Numbered from the whole stretch's first letter, positions 50,635 through 63,074 are shown. The stretch is DNA of 63,923 nt, filler included, from Octopus bimaculoides (GCF_001194135.2; 7 parts of 7 records of this genome joined end to end with filler, not necessarily neighbours in it); one strand, 5' to 3'. Notes: a model not told the origin generated them from the letters alone. Numbers and translations: made by a program.

Positions 50635-51056
50635 TAGAAACGGTTTATAATGTGGTCCTCTTGTAATGAGACCTTCTTCACGTGGTCATTCATTCAAGAG
50701 ACTAGAAACAGCAATTAAATTAGCCTCAATTCACAATCATCGTCGTAAAAAAACGCAAGAACGTGGCTGAGAATGTATTCTCTGAAACACAAAAAAGCTC
50801 ATCCTCTTTGCCAGATGATATTATAATGAAAGATGAATAATAATTTTATAAACGAACAAAGAAAACATTGCAACAGTTCCAAATCCAAGTGCAAAATGGC
50901 GAACTGTAACTTGTCCACAATACAAAATGAACAATCTGTACCACAGTAAGTGTGCTAAGGCAAAAAGAGTAAATCCACAACACTGAGTTGATGTATATCT
51001 AACGTCATCATAAAGTGTCCCCTAGGACGAATCGACGTAAGCTAAAAACAAAAATG

Positions 51057-51257
51057 CTTTCAAATTTTGGTACAAGACCAGCAATTTCGGGAAGGTGTAG
51101 ATTGATTGTATAGGCCCCAGTACTCATTTTATCGACCCCGAAAGGATAAAAGGCAAAACTCGACCTCGATGGAATTTGAACTCACAACCCGAAGACGAAT
51201 GAAATGCTGCTAAGCATTTTGCCCGGCGTGCTAACGATTCTGCCAATTCACCGCCTT
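51057..51257 (-). mobile_element. SINE family A copy
   Basis: Reverse complement of the family A consensus. Confidence 0.85.
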
Positions 51258-51698
51258 GACGTACGATTAAATAATAAACGATGTTGGAGTAAAAAACATC
51301 ACATGGTAGAATTGTGTCCACTGATTGGATAACACATAACAAACAATATTTTCGAGACAGCCGAAGTTATCTTAGTTTATAATATGGCTTTTCTTGTTAT
51401 GAGCCAGCGATGAGACGTCCTTTGTTTGGTCGTTCAATTAATATACTGGAAATAGCAGTCAAATCATCCACAAATCACAACCCATCATCATAAAAGAATG
51501 CAAGGACGTGTTTAGTTTATATTCTCTGGAATATAAACTATATGAGATGGTCAAAGCAAGAATGTCGCTTCTAATCATGAGTCTATTGGTTGGAAAGTGA
51601 GTATTTTAACCTCACAGCCATTTTAGGTATATAACGAAAAAATTAAGAAAACCCTCTTTCACTTAACACAGAGCTGTTTGAGCAGCTGCTCGTCTTAA

Positions 51699-51919
51699 CC
51701 CTGTTGTTACCAACCCGGCTGAAACTGGCTCTGGCTCTGTAGTACAAATGTCTTGTTTTCATAAGTTTTGAATTAAAATCTTCTACCAAACCTTAGTCAC
51801 AATTTATCTTCCTAACAATAGCTTAATGATAACTAAGTTATTTTACTTAATTCTTTGTTACATTTAAAATAATTGAAAGAAACACAGAACATCTCTAAAT
51901 AGATACGGTAACGAAAGGG
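51699..51919. mobile_element. piggyBac-type MITE (221 bp)
   Basis: TTAA-CCCTGTTGTTACC ... GGTAACGAAAGGG-TTAA (13-bp TIR, 2 mismatches). Confidence 0.8.
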
Positions 51920-53295
51920 TTAACTCTTTCTATCATAGTAAAAGCATATAATTCTGCATCCCTGTGATTGAATCAAGCGTTTGTCCACTCCCTTTTTCAA
52001 CTATTTTCGAAATAATCGGATATGTTTAAGCTGAATGAGAATTTTTACTACAAAACAGCACAAGCTTTTGNNNNNNNNNNNNNNNNNNNNNNNNNNNNNN
52101 NNNNNNNNNNNNNNNNNNNNNNNNNNNNNNNNNNNNNNNNNNNNNNNNNNNNNNNNNNNNNNNNNNNNNNNNNNNNNNNNNNNNNNNNNNNNNNNNNNNN
52201 NNNNNNNNNNNNNNNNNNNNNNNNNNNNNNNNNNNNNNNNNNNNNNNNNNNNNNNNNNNNNNNNNNNNNNNNNNNNNNNNNNNNNNNNNNNNNNNNNNNN
52301 NNNNNNNNNNNNNNNNNNNNNNNNNNNNNNNNNNNNNNNNNNNNNNNNNNNNNNNNNNNNNNNNNNNNNNNNNNNNNNNNNNNNNNNNNNNNNNNNNNNN
52401 NNNNNNNNNNNNNNNNNNNNNNNNNNNNNNNNNNNNNNNNNNNNNNNNNNNNNNNNNNNNNNNNNNNNNNNNNNNNNNNNNNNNNNNNNNNNNNNNNNNN
52501 NNNNNNNNNNNNNNNNTATATGTACATATGTATATGTTCATATATACGAGTACTGTATGTGTTTGTGTGTGTGCGCGCATGCGCGCGTGATGCTACAAGA
52601 GGAAAGTCAAAATCGACTGAATCTTACGTCTTTAAAGAACATTAGAGGATGGAATTACTTTGTAACTGAAAAAAAAAAGACAGCATTAACACGGAACCAT
52701 TATTGGTCTAAGCATTCATCTCTCATTATTCTTATTTAACAGGAAAGCTACGTCACATGGAATATGGAGGCTTCAGGCATAATAGTTTAACATGCCAGTC
52801 GTTTTGCATTGGAATAAATGCCAATAATGAATCTGCGTCTAACTAAAGTTAGTTTGGGAATAGTTTATTTATTAGCCAAGAAAGTAAATCTATCTCCTGA
52901 CGCTGAATTAATTAAATTTTGTTCGACAGCCATTAAATTTTGAACGACAGCCGAAGAAGTATGCCCAGCAAAAAAACACATTTATCAAAAATGTTGTTCT
53001 TCCTCTGAATGTAGCAAATAAAGAGACAAAAGCGACACAAGGCGACAATATTCTGTGCGAATTAAATAATAGAATAGACCATTTCTAGTGGTTTTGTCTC
53101 GTTCTCGATAAATAAACATGCGTGTCTGAAGATTCGCTGTTGCTATTGTTTATTCGAGGAATTAGTACTAACTTTGAAATAACGGAAGAATTAGTTCCAA
53201 GATGCATCTTCTATAGGAAATCTATTGCCGAAGACATTTTTCAAAAGATGGAGAAAACATTGACTAAATACAATATAGTTTGTAAATGTCTAAAG

Positions 53296-53524
53296 CAGCA
53301 GTTCGCAACCAAAGTCCTTTTGACCCTTGGACTTTATGTACAATAAATTGCTTATACTTCAACGATACTCAAAATATTTTTACATTTCTTTATACAATTC
53401 CTAATAATAATTAATTATAAAAATATAATAGGCTTCTTTTAAACATCGAATGTTTATTAGGGCCCAATAAATTAAAATAGAAATCAAAGGATTCAATAGA
53501 TAAAAAATGGTTGAGAACCCACTG
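53296..53524. mobile_element. hAT-type MITE
   Basis: Imperfect TIRs CAGCAGTTCGCAACC / GGTTGAGAACCCACTG resembling the CAGTGGTTCTCAAC-type hAT terminus; the 8-bp flanks match only partly (GTCTAAAG / GTCCTAAT). Confidence 0.5.
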
Positions 53525-53610
53525 GTCCTAATTTTCTGTGTCTGGTGTTGGAAAGGGTTTCATAGGATAAGATTACAAAGCTTGTGTCAATATATTTAGC
53601 ATAGGAGGTG

Positions 53611-53970
53611 CTAACAGGTACTAACAAGTGTTAACAGGTGCTAACAAGTACTAGAAGGTGCTAACAAGTGTTAGCAGGTGCTAACAGGTGCTACCAATTG
53701 CTAACAGGTCCTAACGAGTGTCAACAAGTGTTAACAGGTTCTAACTAGTGGTAACAGGTCCTAACAAGTGTTAACAGGTACTAATAGGTGCTATCAAGTG
53801 CTAATAGGTCCTAACAAGTGCTAACAAGTGCTAACAAGTGCTAACAGGTGCTAACGAGTGCTAACAGGTGCTAACAAGTGTCAACAGGTGCTAACAAGTA
53901 CGAACAGGTGCTAACAAGTACTAAGAGGTGCCAACAGGTGCTAACAGGTGCTAACAGGTGCTAACAGGTA
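53611..53970. repeat. 10-bp minisatellite (CTAACARGTG)x36
   Basis: 36 units in exact 10-bp register with substitutions only. Confidence 0.95.
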
Positions 53971-54624
53971 GATTGAGCTGTTTTAGCCCTTTGTCTATCC
54001 TGTGTAACTCATGTAATACACGGGACATATTTTCCTGGTGACCATGCATCATATATGATGCACATCCCCAAATTGTTTTCAACCCCCCAGAGTAAATTGG
54101 GACTTATGAAAAGAAAGCTTCATATTACTCAGAACGTATGAACCACAAGTTATTTAAAAGCCCGAAAACAAGCATGGGCGTTTAGGACACACTTATGAAA
54201 ATGATTTGGACTTGCAAAGACATTAAGTGAGAAATATTGTGTTCAGCCACTGCTTGTAATGAAATGGTAAATCACTGAGGAAATTGCCATTCTGAGCTGA
54301 ATTAATGACATATTTTAGCGAAGGGATTCTGAATTAATATGCGATGTATTGTCTGCAGTGAAAGCTTTTCGACATAACAATTTCTCATTCCCAGGTATTG
54401 ATAACTAGCATAAACTCTTGATTTATTAAAATTATCTCCGCCCTGAGAAGTATCATAATTGCCGAATATCAATTAAGGCCAGCACCACTCGAAAATGGCA
54501 TATAATCGCATGATTCAAGAATTCTTCGACCCCCTTGGAAAGTGGAGATAAAGTGGAACAATGGTCGTGTTGTTGATGGTTGTTGAGTCAAAAACACGTG
54601 CTAACGACTAACCTGTTATCTCCA

Positions 54625-54925
54625 GATAATAAGACACCCCTTCGGTTATGAATGATCATGGGATTGCACCTCGAAACTTACCCTACGAGACACAAGTCTG
54701 GGCAAGGTTGTTTATGGAAGACTAGCAGTCACTCATGCATACCAGCCTTTCCTCCCCACGCTTGGCACTAGTGACGTTGCAACTCATTTCTACGGCTGAG
54801 TGAACAGGAGCAACATGAAATAAAGTGTCTTGCTCAAGAACACAACACATAGCCCGGTCCGGAAATCGAACTCACTGCCTCATGATTGTGAGCCCGACAC
54901 TCTAACCACTGAGCCAAACACCGTC
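54625..54925 (-). mobile_element. tRNA-derived SINE (additional family)
   Basis: Minus-strand head GGTGTTTGGCTCAGTGGTTAGAGTG...GAGTTCGATTTCC followed by GTGTTCTTGAGCAAGACACTTTATTTCA. Confidence 0.7.
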
Positions 54926-55077
54926 ATCTAGTCTTTTCTTTCGTGGCATGTCAGCTGTGGAGTATTCTTGATACTAGAGATTATCTCCCTTTCTCCAATG
55001 CGCATACACCTTCCTTGTTTTGTACTGTCCATAATGCTTTTTCTTAACGTAAACTCTTGTGGTTAATAAAGAAATCA

Positions 55078-55147
<70 letters not shown>

Positions 55148-55184
55148 AATAGTCGCCGTAGTCGTCATAGTCGTTATCATCATT

Positions 55185-55217
<33 letters not shown>

Positions 55218-55932
55218 GTCATCATCATGAAACAACGTAGCTTAGCAACATTTTTCATTTAATTATAGTTTGATGATAATTGTTGTATAAAACTCCTTCA
55301 TGCAATTATAGGTAACAGAGTTAGGAAATAACTGCAGAAAGCAAAGGATTTCTAATTAGCCAGCGATATTATGGCTTGAAATGTTAATAGTATTTGTCAG
55401 GACCTCCTCCGCCTCCATCCCCATCCTCCACCATAATTTTCATCTCGGCATACAATGACTCCATACTTACTAGATTCACTTTTAAAGTGATATGCTTTTT
55501 TATATTAATGTTAGACGCGAGTCTTTAAATTAAATTAATTACTGAAGAAAATAACTCAATCAACTAGATTTCTCACAATTTACAACTCTAGAGGAATTGG
55601 TGGAAGAAATTCACTTTTAGAAGTATTGAAGAGAAAACAAGACGTCTATAGGCGACAATATGAAAATGGATGAAAGTATAACAGGGCGTGAATATTACTG
55701 GAACATGTAAACAAGAACATCAGCCGACATAGAAGCAGAGATTAAAGACTACGGTTGGTACAATACACAGGAAAATTAAGTGTGGCAAGGAAAATGGGGG
55801 AACCAATGAAATGTCTAGAAAATGTCGACTGGATTGTAAGGTTTGCATATTTTAGGTATTTTCATCACGTACGGAACTAATGTTAACAGAATGATTTTAG
55901 TCAGAACAAACAACAGCACGCGCGCACACACA

Positions 55933-55998
<66 letters not shown>

Positions 55999-58042
55999 NN
56001 NNNNNNNNNNNNNNNNNNNNNNNNNNNNNNNNNNNNNNNNNNTTAATTAATTAANNNNNNNNNNNNNNNNNNNNNNNNNNNNNNNNNNNNNNNNNNNNTA
56101 TATATATTGGCGCAGAAGTGGCTGCATGTACGAAAGAGGAGAAATTGAAAGAAAAAGCAAACGAGAGAGGACAGAGAAAGAGGGAGCGATAAAAAGGAGA
56201 AATTCGCAGTTTTCTGGATGAAGACTGTCGTATGTCTATTATCACACTCGGCGATCTTCATCCGGAGATAACATCTCTTTATGGGCGGACTTCCGATATC
56301 TATTGTGTTTTTTAATGTAGCACATCCATATATATTAAATTTGATACGTAGATAGCATGGCCGTTTTAATTTTATACTGCCTCAACTGCGTCTACCGGAT
56401 TTTTATTCAACTGAACGGCTAATCGTAACGCCATTTTATTCACTGTTTTCTATATCGGTAGACAAGAAATTCTTGTCCAGGCATGTAGTTAGCTGCGAGT
56501 ACACGTCATTGAAAAAGCTCCAAGAGGCCGAAATGCACCTGGTGTTTTCCGATGGCCAGTGCCCGAGCGGCTTTTCGCTTCTCTTTGATATTTGTATTTC
56601 TAACACAGCCAATCTATAAGAGATATTATCTCGAGATAAATACTGCAGTAATTGCCCTATCAACTGTGTATATGTACATTAATAATGATACCTAGACGGC
56701 TGTTTTAATTTAGTACTACTTCAATTGCATTAACCGGCAATTTTGTACATGACAAAAATTCTGTGCTGAAATATTTAAAAAAGAAATTATAGAGACCATC
56801 TTTACGAGTGATTTATTCGTGATCAAATGAAATTAATTTTGGAAAGAAGTTTGCTTATGATAGATATTTACGTAAATATTTCCAAAGGATTGTATTCTTA
56901 TAATGTTTTAACGTCATAATCTATTCATTACGTAACTATATAGTTATCGATTATCTTAATAGCTGAAATGGTAGAATTACTTAACATAATACTGTTGTAA
57001 ATTCCTCGCAGATAAACACATTGTCCACAATTTATCTTAAAAAAGAAAGAAAAGAGTTTTTTGTCTTTTTATTAATTTTGGCCAGTTAGGAGGAGCGATG
57101 ACAGAGAAGTTAATGGGTTGGCAAGTTCGTAAAATCACATCAACATTAATCTGAAACAGAATGTTTCCTGTTTATCACTCCGGTCATCCAGTTAGTTTTA
57201 ACATTAAGTGTGTGAAGTGCAAAAGGTGAGAAAGCTTACACAATCGGTTAGTTGCTTAGGAATGAGTTAAATGTCGCAGTGAAATGTCTCTTCTGTCAGA
57301 AAGAATAATGGAAAGAAATATAAATAAGATGAGCAACAGATTGCTGTCTGTAAGAAAAACAAAATTGTAGATTGAGTTAATTACTTGACTTAAATTCTTA
57401 CGACAAAGAGAGAATAAATAATAAATATGAGAGAGAAGTTTTCTGTGTAGTATTTCATCTGTACGAATTAATCATAACGAATTCTAAATTCTAAATGCTA
57501 TACAAACGAATGCAATGCTCTCGTCACTTTTGTATAGTTTCATTACAGCTGATTTCTAATTAGTTGTTCTAACGAATCACTTTCAGCTACTAGAGTGACT
57601 TTATTTGGCTGAGGTTTTTCAGAAGAAAACAGGTTGTCATTTCATTTCTCAGTCACGAAGTTGGGAGTTTCTGATTTTTCACTGTCATTGATCACACGCT
57701 GCTCATAATGACTGCTTACACAGCAATGTATTGTCCCCTATTCAAGGAATTCCTAAAAGAAATGTAATGAAATACCACAAGACATTTTGCTACCGAATCT
57801 GTCAACTCACAGTCTTGCTGGAAAAATTTGAAGTCCAGCTCAGGAAATGGTCAGATGTAGCTCACCTTGTAATGTTTCAATCCTTGGACACTCTGATGCT
57901 CATGTTTAAATCTCAGATTGTAACTTAGCAGAAGTGTTTAGCACCGAACTCGATGCATAATAGTATTTAGCTTCATCCTTGACGTTCTAAGTTCGAATCC
58001 TGCCAAAGTCATCTTGAAATTTTATGCTCACGAGAACACAAG

Positions 58043-58305
58043 AAGGCGCGTGGCTTAGTGGTTTAAGTATTCGGATTACGATCATGAGTTCGATTCCTGG
58101 CAGCACGCTGTGTCCTTGAGCAAGACACTTTATTTCACGTTGCGCCAGTTCTCTCAGTAGTACCTGTATTTCAAACGGCTAGCCTTGTCACATTCTGTTG
58201 TGCCCCGTAAATCTCCCTGAGAACTACAATAAGGGTACGCGTATCTGTGGAGTGCTCGGCCACTTGCACGTTAATTTCACGAACAAGCTCTTCCATTAGT
58301 CGGAT
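58043..58305 (+). mobile_element. SINE family C-related copy (degenerate)
   Basis: Head AGGCGCGTGGCTTAGTGG and 3' GAGAACTACAATAAGGGTAC...CACTTGCACGTTAATTTCACG. Confidence 0.75.
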
Positions 58306-58589
58306 CAAAAAATTGTTCTTATATCGTGCTGAAAGCATTTGATGGATTTCGACTCCTAATATACCTTTAATATATCTTCAACCTATAGAAAACAAATCAC
58401 CGAAGTCTTATCTTCTTTGTGTTAAACTAAAAGATGGAACGGTCATGATAAAAGAAATAAGAGCAATAACTTCATTCATGTTTCAAGTTCAGACTTGCAC
58501 TACACTGACTAGAGGGAGACCTAGTCCCAGTGATGTGTGCGCAACTAATTTTCTTGCAATCAGGATAAAAAAAATTAAGTGCATAGTGA

Positions 58590-59500
58590 ATAATTAACGT
58601 GCAACACTCATTACCGCAGCAGCAGCAGCAGCAGCCCTGCTCCGCTCCGCCGCCTCCTCGCCGCCTCCTCGCCTTCTCCTCGCCTTTCCGGCGCGATCCA
58701 GCCGGTTTCGTAAGCCGCGGCCGGGCCCCCTCGCACTCGTCGGCCCTCTAACAGTGCAGCCGCAGCCGAGCAACGAGCAACGAGCAAGTAGAAGCGGCGT
58801 CGGCAGCGGCGGTGGACGAAGCCCGCAAATCATTCCCGCTGTCGTCTCCCTTCCTTCTCATTCTCTCTCTNNNNNNNNNNNNNNNNNNNNNNNNNNNNNN
58901 NNNNNNNNNNNNNNNNNNNNNNNNNNNNNNNNNNNNNNNNNNNNNNNNNNNNNNNNNNNNNNNNNNNNNNNNNNNNNNNNNNNNNNNNNNNNNNNNNNNN
59001 NNNNNNNNNNNNNNNNNNNNNNNNNNNNNNNNNNNNNNNNNNNNNNNNNNNNNNNNNNNNNNNNNNNNNNNNNNNNNNNNNNNNNNNNNNNNNNNNNNNN
59101 NNNNNNNNNNNNNNNNNNNNNNNNNNNNNNNNNNNNNNNNNNNNNNNNNNNNNNNNNNNNNNNNNNNNNNNNNNNNNNNNNNNNNNNNNNNNNNNNNNNN
59201 NNNNNNNNNNNNNNNNNNNNNNNNNNNNNNNNNNNNNNNNNNNNNNNNNNNNNNNNNNNNNNNNNNNNNNNNNNNNNNNNNNNNNNNNNNNNNNNNNNNN
59301 NNNNNNNNNNNNNNNNNNNNNNNNNNNNNNNNNNNNNNNNNNNNNNNNNNNNNNNNNNNNNNNNNNNNNNNNNNNNNNNNNNNNNNNNNNNNNNNNNNNN
59401 NNNNNNNNGGGCGCGCGCCGGGGAAGCGGGCGGGCAGCGGGAACAGCTTGCCTTTCGTTCTCGCTACTGCTTCTGCAGTGAGTGACAAGTATAGACTGTG
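58590..59500. promoter_or_regulatory. GC/CpG-rich island (centre unsequenced), candidate promoter or first exon
   Basis: 58610-58850 and 59409-59470 are strongly GC-rich with dense CpG against AT-rich flanks; possible donor GTGAGT at 59478-59483. Confidence 0.4.
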
Positions 59501-60917
59501 ATGCAGTTTCTTAGTAAAGCTCCCTAATTCTCGAATCCTGAATTAACTACTATTTCAATTAATCTTCCCCCGACCCCGACACAGAATGACAACTTTCTGG
59601 AATTGCCTTTCTGTTCATGTTTTCCTCGGCAGCTTTTGAAGAGCATCAATTATTTCGATCTCATAGATTTGAGAGAATCTTCAAAAGTGTTGAACACAGC
59701 GTCTTCTTTAAGAGTAAATTATTACAAAAGAAACATAAAACATGTTGGGTCTATTTCATTATGATTTCACTACCAACCCTTTTTGGAAAAAGCATGAACG
59801 CCACAACTTTCTACCAGTCTTTCAATTTCTTTATTTCATTGTTATTCTTTTTATTCCCCCACTCCTCCAGCCCGCGTTTCTTTCCCATTCTTTATTTCTC
59901 TTTTCTTGTTATTTTCATTTTTATTCAGTTTTATATTTATTTCTTTTCTCACAACCTACCTCCATCTTTTGTCATTTTTTTTCTCTTCCCTTTTCTTTAT
60001 TTTTCATGTTCTTTGTTCTAATTTTTTTCTATTTATATTCTTTATATTTTGTTTTTATCCTTAACTTTTCGTTCGTCATGTTCCCTTTCCCATAGTTTAT
60101 TTATATTTTTCCTTCACTTTTTTACCTTCATGTTTTTGTGTGTGTGTTTTTTTTTTACTCTCATTCATTATTTCTTTATTTCAATCTTCTTTCCTTCCTC
60201 TCTCCATTTCTTCTTACGTCAATACATTTTTTCCTTGGCACGTTAATATTTCTCTTACACTATTTTAGAAATATTACGTCTGTGCACAATTTCAATTCGG
60301 TTACGTCGGTCGTGTGTGGTGTGTTACGTCTTTCAGATGTCTGTACTGGTTACGTCTGTCTTGTACTGTGTTATAATTTCTGTGAAATATCTTCAGATGT
60401 TGTTATATTCGTCAAATGTTTTGTGTTACGTCTGAAAAGTGATTTTGATAAGATATATCTATATCTAACCTTTTGATATGTTGCAACTGTGAAGTATCTT
60501 TCGTCTGTAAAGAACATTTGTTATGTCTTATATCTACGTATTTTTGAAATTTTACATCTGTGAAAAGCTAGATATTATTTCTAATTTTAAAAGTCCGTTT
60601 CATACATCTGTCAAAGCAGTATTTTATGTCACATCCGTCAAGGACTCTTACTATAATATGTTAACAAAAGGACAACTCTTGTTCTTTTGTTTTGTTATGT
60701 CTGTAAAACAGCTTTGCTTGTTTTACAGCTATAAACTATTTCCCATATCTTTCAATGTAAACTCAGTCGTTTGAGATCGTTGAACCCTCTCGCAGTATTT
60801 TCTTTACATTCTTGTATTGAAAATAAACAAAAGCAGTTTGGAATGCATTGTACAAGGATTGTGGCACAAAGTGAATCTTTACTTTCCAGAATCATAGCAG
60901 TAACAACAATAATAACA

Positions 60918-61156
60918 GTTCTTTCTACTATAGGCACAAGGCTTGAAATTTTGGTAGGGGACTAGTCGATTACATTGGTCCCAGTGTTTCACTGGTACTG
61001 AATTTATCGACCCCCGAAAGGATGAAAGGCAAAGTCGATCTCGGCGGAATTCCCACTCAAAACGTAAAGACGGTCGAGATACCGCTAAGTATTTTGTCCG
61101 GTGTGCTAACGATTCTGCCAGCCTGCCGCCTTAATGATGAGGAGATGATGATGATG

Positions 61157-61196
<40 letters not shown>

Positions 61197-62754
61197 TAAT
61201 AATAATGATGATGATTTCAAATGATGGCACAAGGCCAATTATTCCGGGCTGGAGGTCGATTACATTGACCCCTAATATTCAAGTGGTGCTTATTTTATCG
61301 ACCCTAAAAAGATGAAAGCAAAGTCGACCTCGAGGGAATTTGAACTCAGAACGAAAAGACGGACGAAGTGTCGCTAAGCATTTTTCCCGGCGTGGTAATG
61401 ATTCTACCAGCTTGCCGCCTTTATGATGATGATGATTTTTGCCTTATTTAGTCTTATTCAAGCACAAAGCTAGTAATTTTGAGCGGTGGAGTTTAGTTGA
61501 TTATATCAACTCCTGTACTTGACTGATACTTTATTATATCGAACTACTAAAATGGACAAATTTGACCTCGACCGGATTTGAATTCGGAATATAAGGAGCT
61601 GAACACAAATACTGTAAGGCACAGGTCGCTTCTCGTCACCTCTACACTGATCACTCTGCCACACTACAAATCTCGGATTAGCGCTAACAACTCTCGGATC
61701 AGCACTAACAAATCTCGGATCAGCGCTAACAAGTCTCAGATCAGTATCTTAATTGATGTTGTGACCATTATTTTTTTGTATTTCTCTGCCCCAGATATCG
61801 CGGCATAAGTGTTACGAGTGGGTGTGAGTCTCAGAGTTTTCAGATTTTGTTTTTTTCTTTTGCTGAGTTCTCGGTTCTAAAATCATGGTAAGCAGTTCCT
61901 TAAGCCTTATCACACACAATCGTGAGAATTTCACCCGATATGTCATTTAAGCCGTCTACCAGTTGTTGTTTTAAAAGTGACTGGAAACCACCACTGTTCT
62001 TTAAAAAAAAACAACATTAATTTACGCGTTGTCCGTTTTTGTATGTAATCTTCAGTTCAAGTTGATCTGTCTCGCGAGGTTTATTTTTTTAACGAGGAAA
62101 TACACCATGTCCAGAACCTCCACCTGGCTTGTCACGCAGGAAGAACTGACTCCGTATGTAATGCTTTTTTAATGTTTTGGCTTAACGTAAGCGTTTGTGA
62201 ACAGCTACATGGGTAAATCCACGATTTTCGAAGCTGTTTGTATGCTAGTAAGTTGAATAAAGACATTTATCCATGCAATAATTATCTATCTTCGAAAAGT
62301 GACCGGAAAAGAACGTCTGTTGCCGCAGCGATTAATAATAACAATAATGGTTTAAAATTTTGACACAATGCCAGCAATTTCGAGGGAGAGGCTTAGTTGA
62401 TTATATCGATCCCAGTGTTCAACCGGTACTTATTTTATTGACCCCGAAATGATGAAAGGCAAAGTCGACCTCAGCGGAATTTGAACTCAGAAAGAAAAGA
62501 CGGACGAAGTGCCGCTAAGCTTTTTACCCGGCGAGCTAACGATTCTGCCCGCTCGCCGCTTTCTATCGAAACGTAATAATATTTATTTCAAATTTTGGCA
62601 CAAAGTCAGCAATTTTGGGGAGGGGCTAAGACGATTACATAGACCCCAGTTTTCAACTGGTACTTATTTTATCGAACCCCGAAAGGATGAAAGGAAAAGT
62701 CGACCTCGGCGGGATTTGAACTCAGAACGTAAAAGCGGGCGAAATGCCACAATG
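60918..62754 (-). mobile_element. Cluster of five co-oriented SINE family A copies
   Basis: 60918-61132, 61215-61421, ~61460-61600 (partial), 62349-62561 and 62586-62754, all on the minus strand. Confidence 0.85.
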
Positions 62755-62881
62755 NNNNNNNNNNNNNNNNNNNNNNNNNNNNNNNNNNNNNNNNNNNNTT
62801 AATTAATTAANNNNNNNNNNNNNNNNNNNNNNNNNNNNNNNNNNNNNNNNNNNNATATATATATATATATATATATATATA

Positions 62882-63047
62882 TACGACGGACTTCTTTCGG
62901 TTTCCATCTACCAAATCCACTCACAAGGCTTTGGTTGGCCCGAGGCTATAGTAGAAGACACTTGCCCAAGGTGCCATGCAGTAGGACTGAATCCGGAACC
63001 ATGTGGTTGGTAAGCAAGCTACTTACCACACAGCCACTCCTACGCCT
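62882..63047 (-). mobile_element. SINE family B 5' half
   Basis: Matches 43430-43592; shows some CpG to TpG/CpA changes. Confidence 0.85.
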
Positions 63048-63074
63048 ATCACTAAAATCATTGAAATAAACTTA

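Larger units (their letters stand above)
50030..51550. repeat. Diverged ~165-180-bp repeat units (three in tandem plus one separated)
   Basis: Shared core GACTAGAAATAGCAGCCAAATC...CTCAAATC...AAAAAA...GCAAGGAC at ~50097, 50267, 50699 and 51444. Confidence 0.75.
52860..54400 (+). pseudogene. Decayed hAT transposase relic (GTF2IRD2/SPIN-like), interrupted by a MITE and a minisatellite
   Basis: LLLFIRGISTNFEITEELV...AEDIFQKMEKTLTKYNI (53122-53300); upstream AEEVCPAK; after the MITE GKGFIG*DYKAC; later LICDVLSAVKAF. Confidence 0.7.
25578..62854. other. Six artificial scaffold-join spacers (44 N + TTAATTAATTAA + 44 N)
   Basis: Identical 12-mer at 25622, 27788, 33632, 47477, 56043 and 62799, each centred in a 100-bp N spacer; it reads as a stop in all six frames. 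Confidence 0.95.

Noticed and set aside
59617-60246. Phe/Leu-rich ORFs resembling membrane proteins
   Set aside because: They arise from a T/C-rich low-complexity tract.
60270-60710. Repeat-spacer pattern as a CRISPR array
   Set aside because: Repeats are only ~7-10 bp and degenerate, spacing is irregular, there are no cas genes and the context is eukaryotic.
25622-62810. Recurrent palindrome TTAATTAATTAA (six copies)
   Set aside because: Always centred in an exact 44N+12+44N spacer; an assembly linker with stops in six frames. Adjacency across these joins is not base-level evidence.
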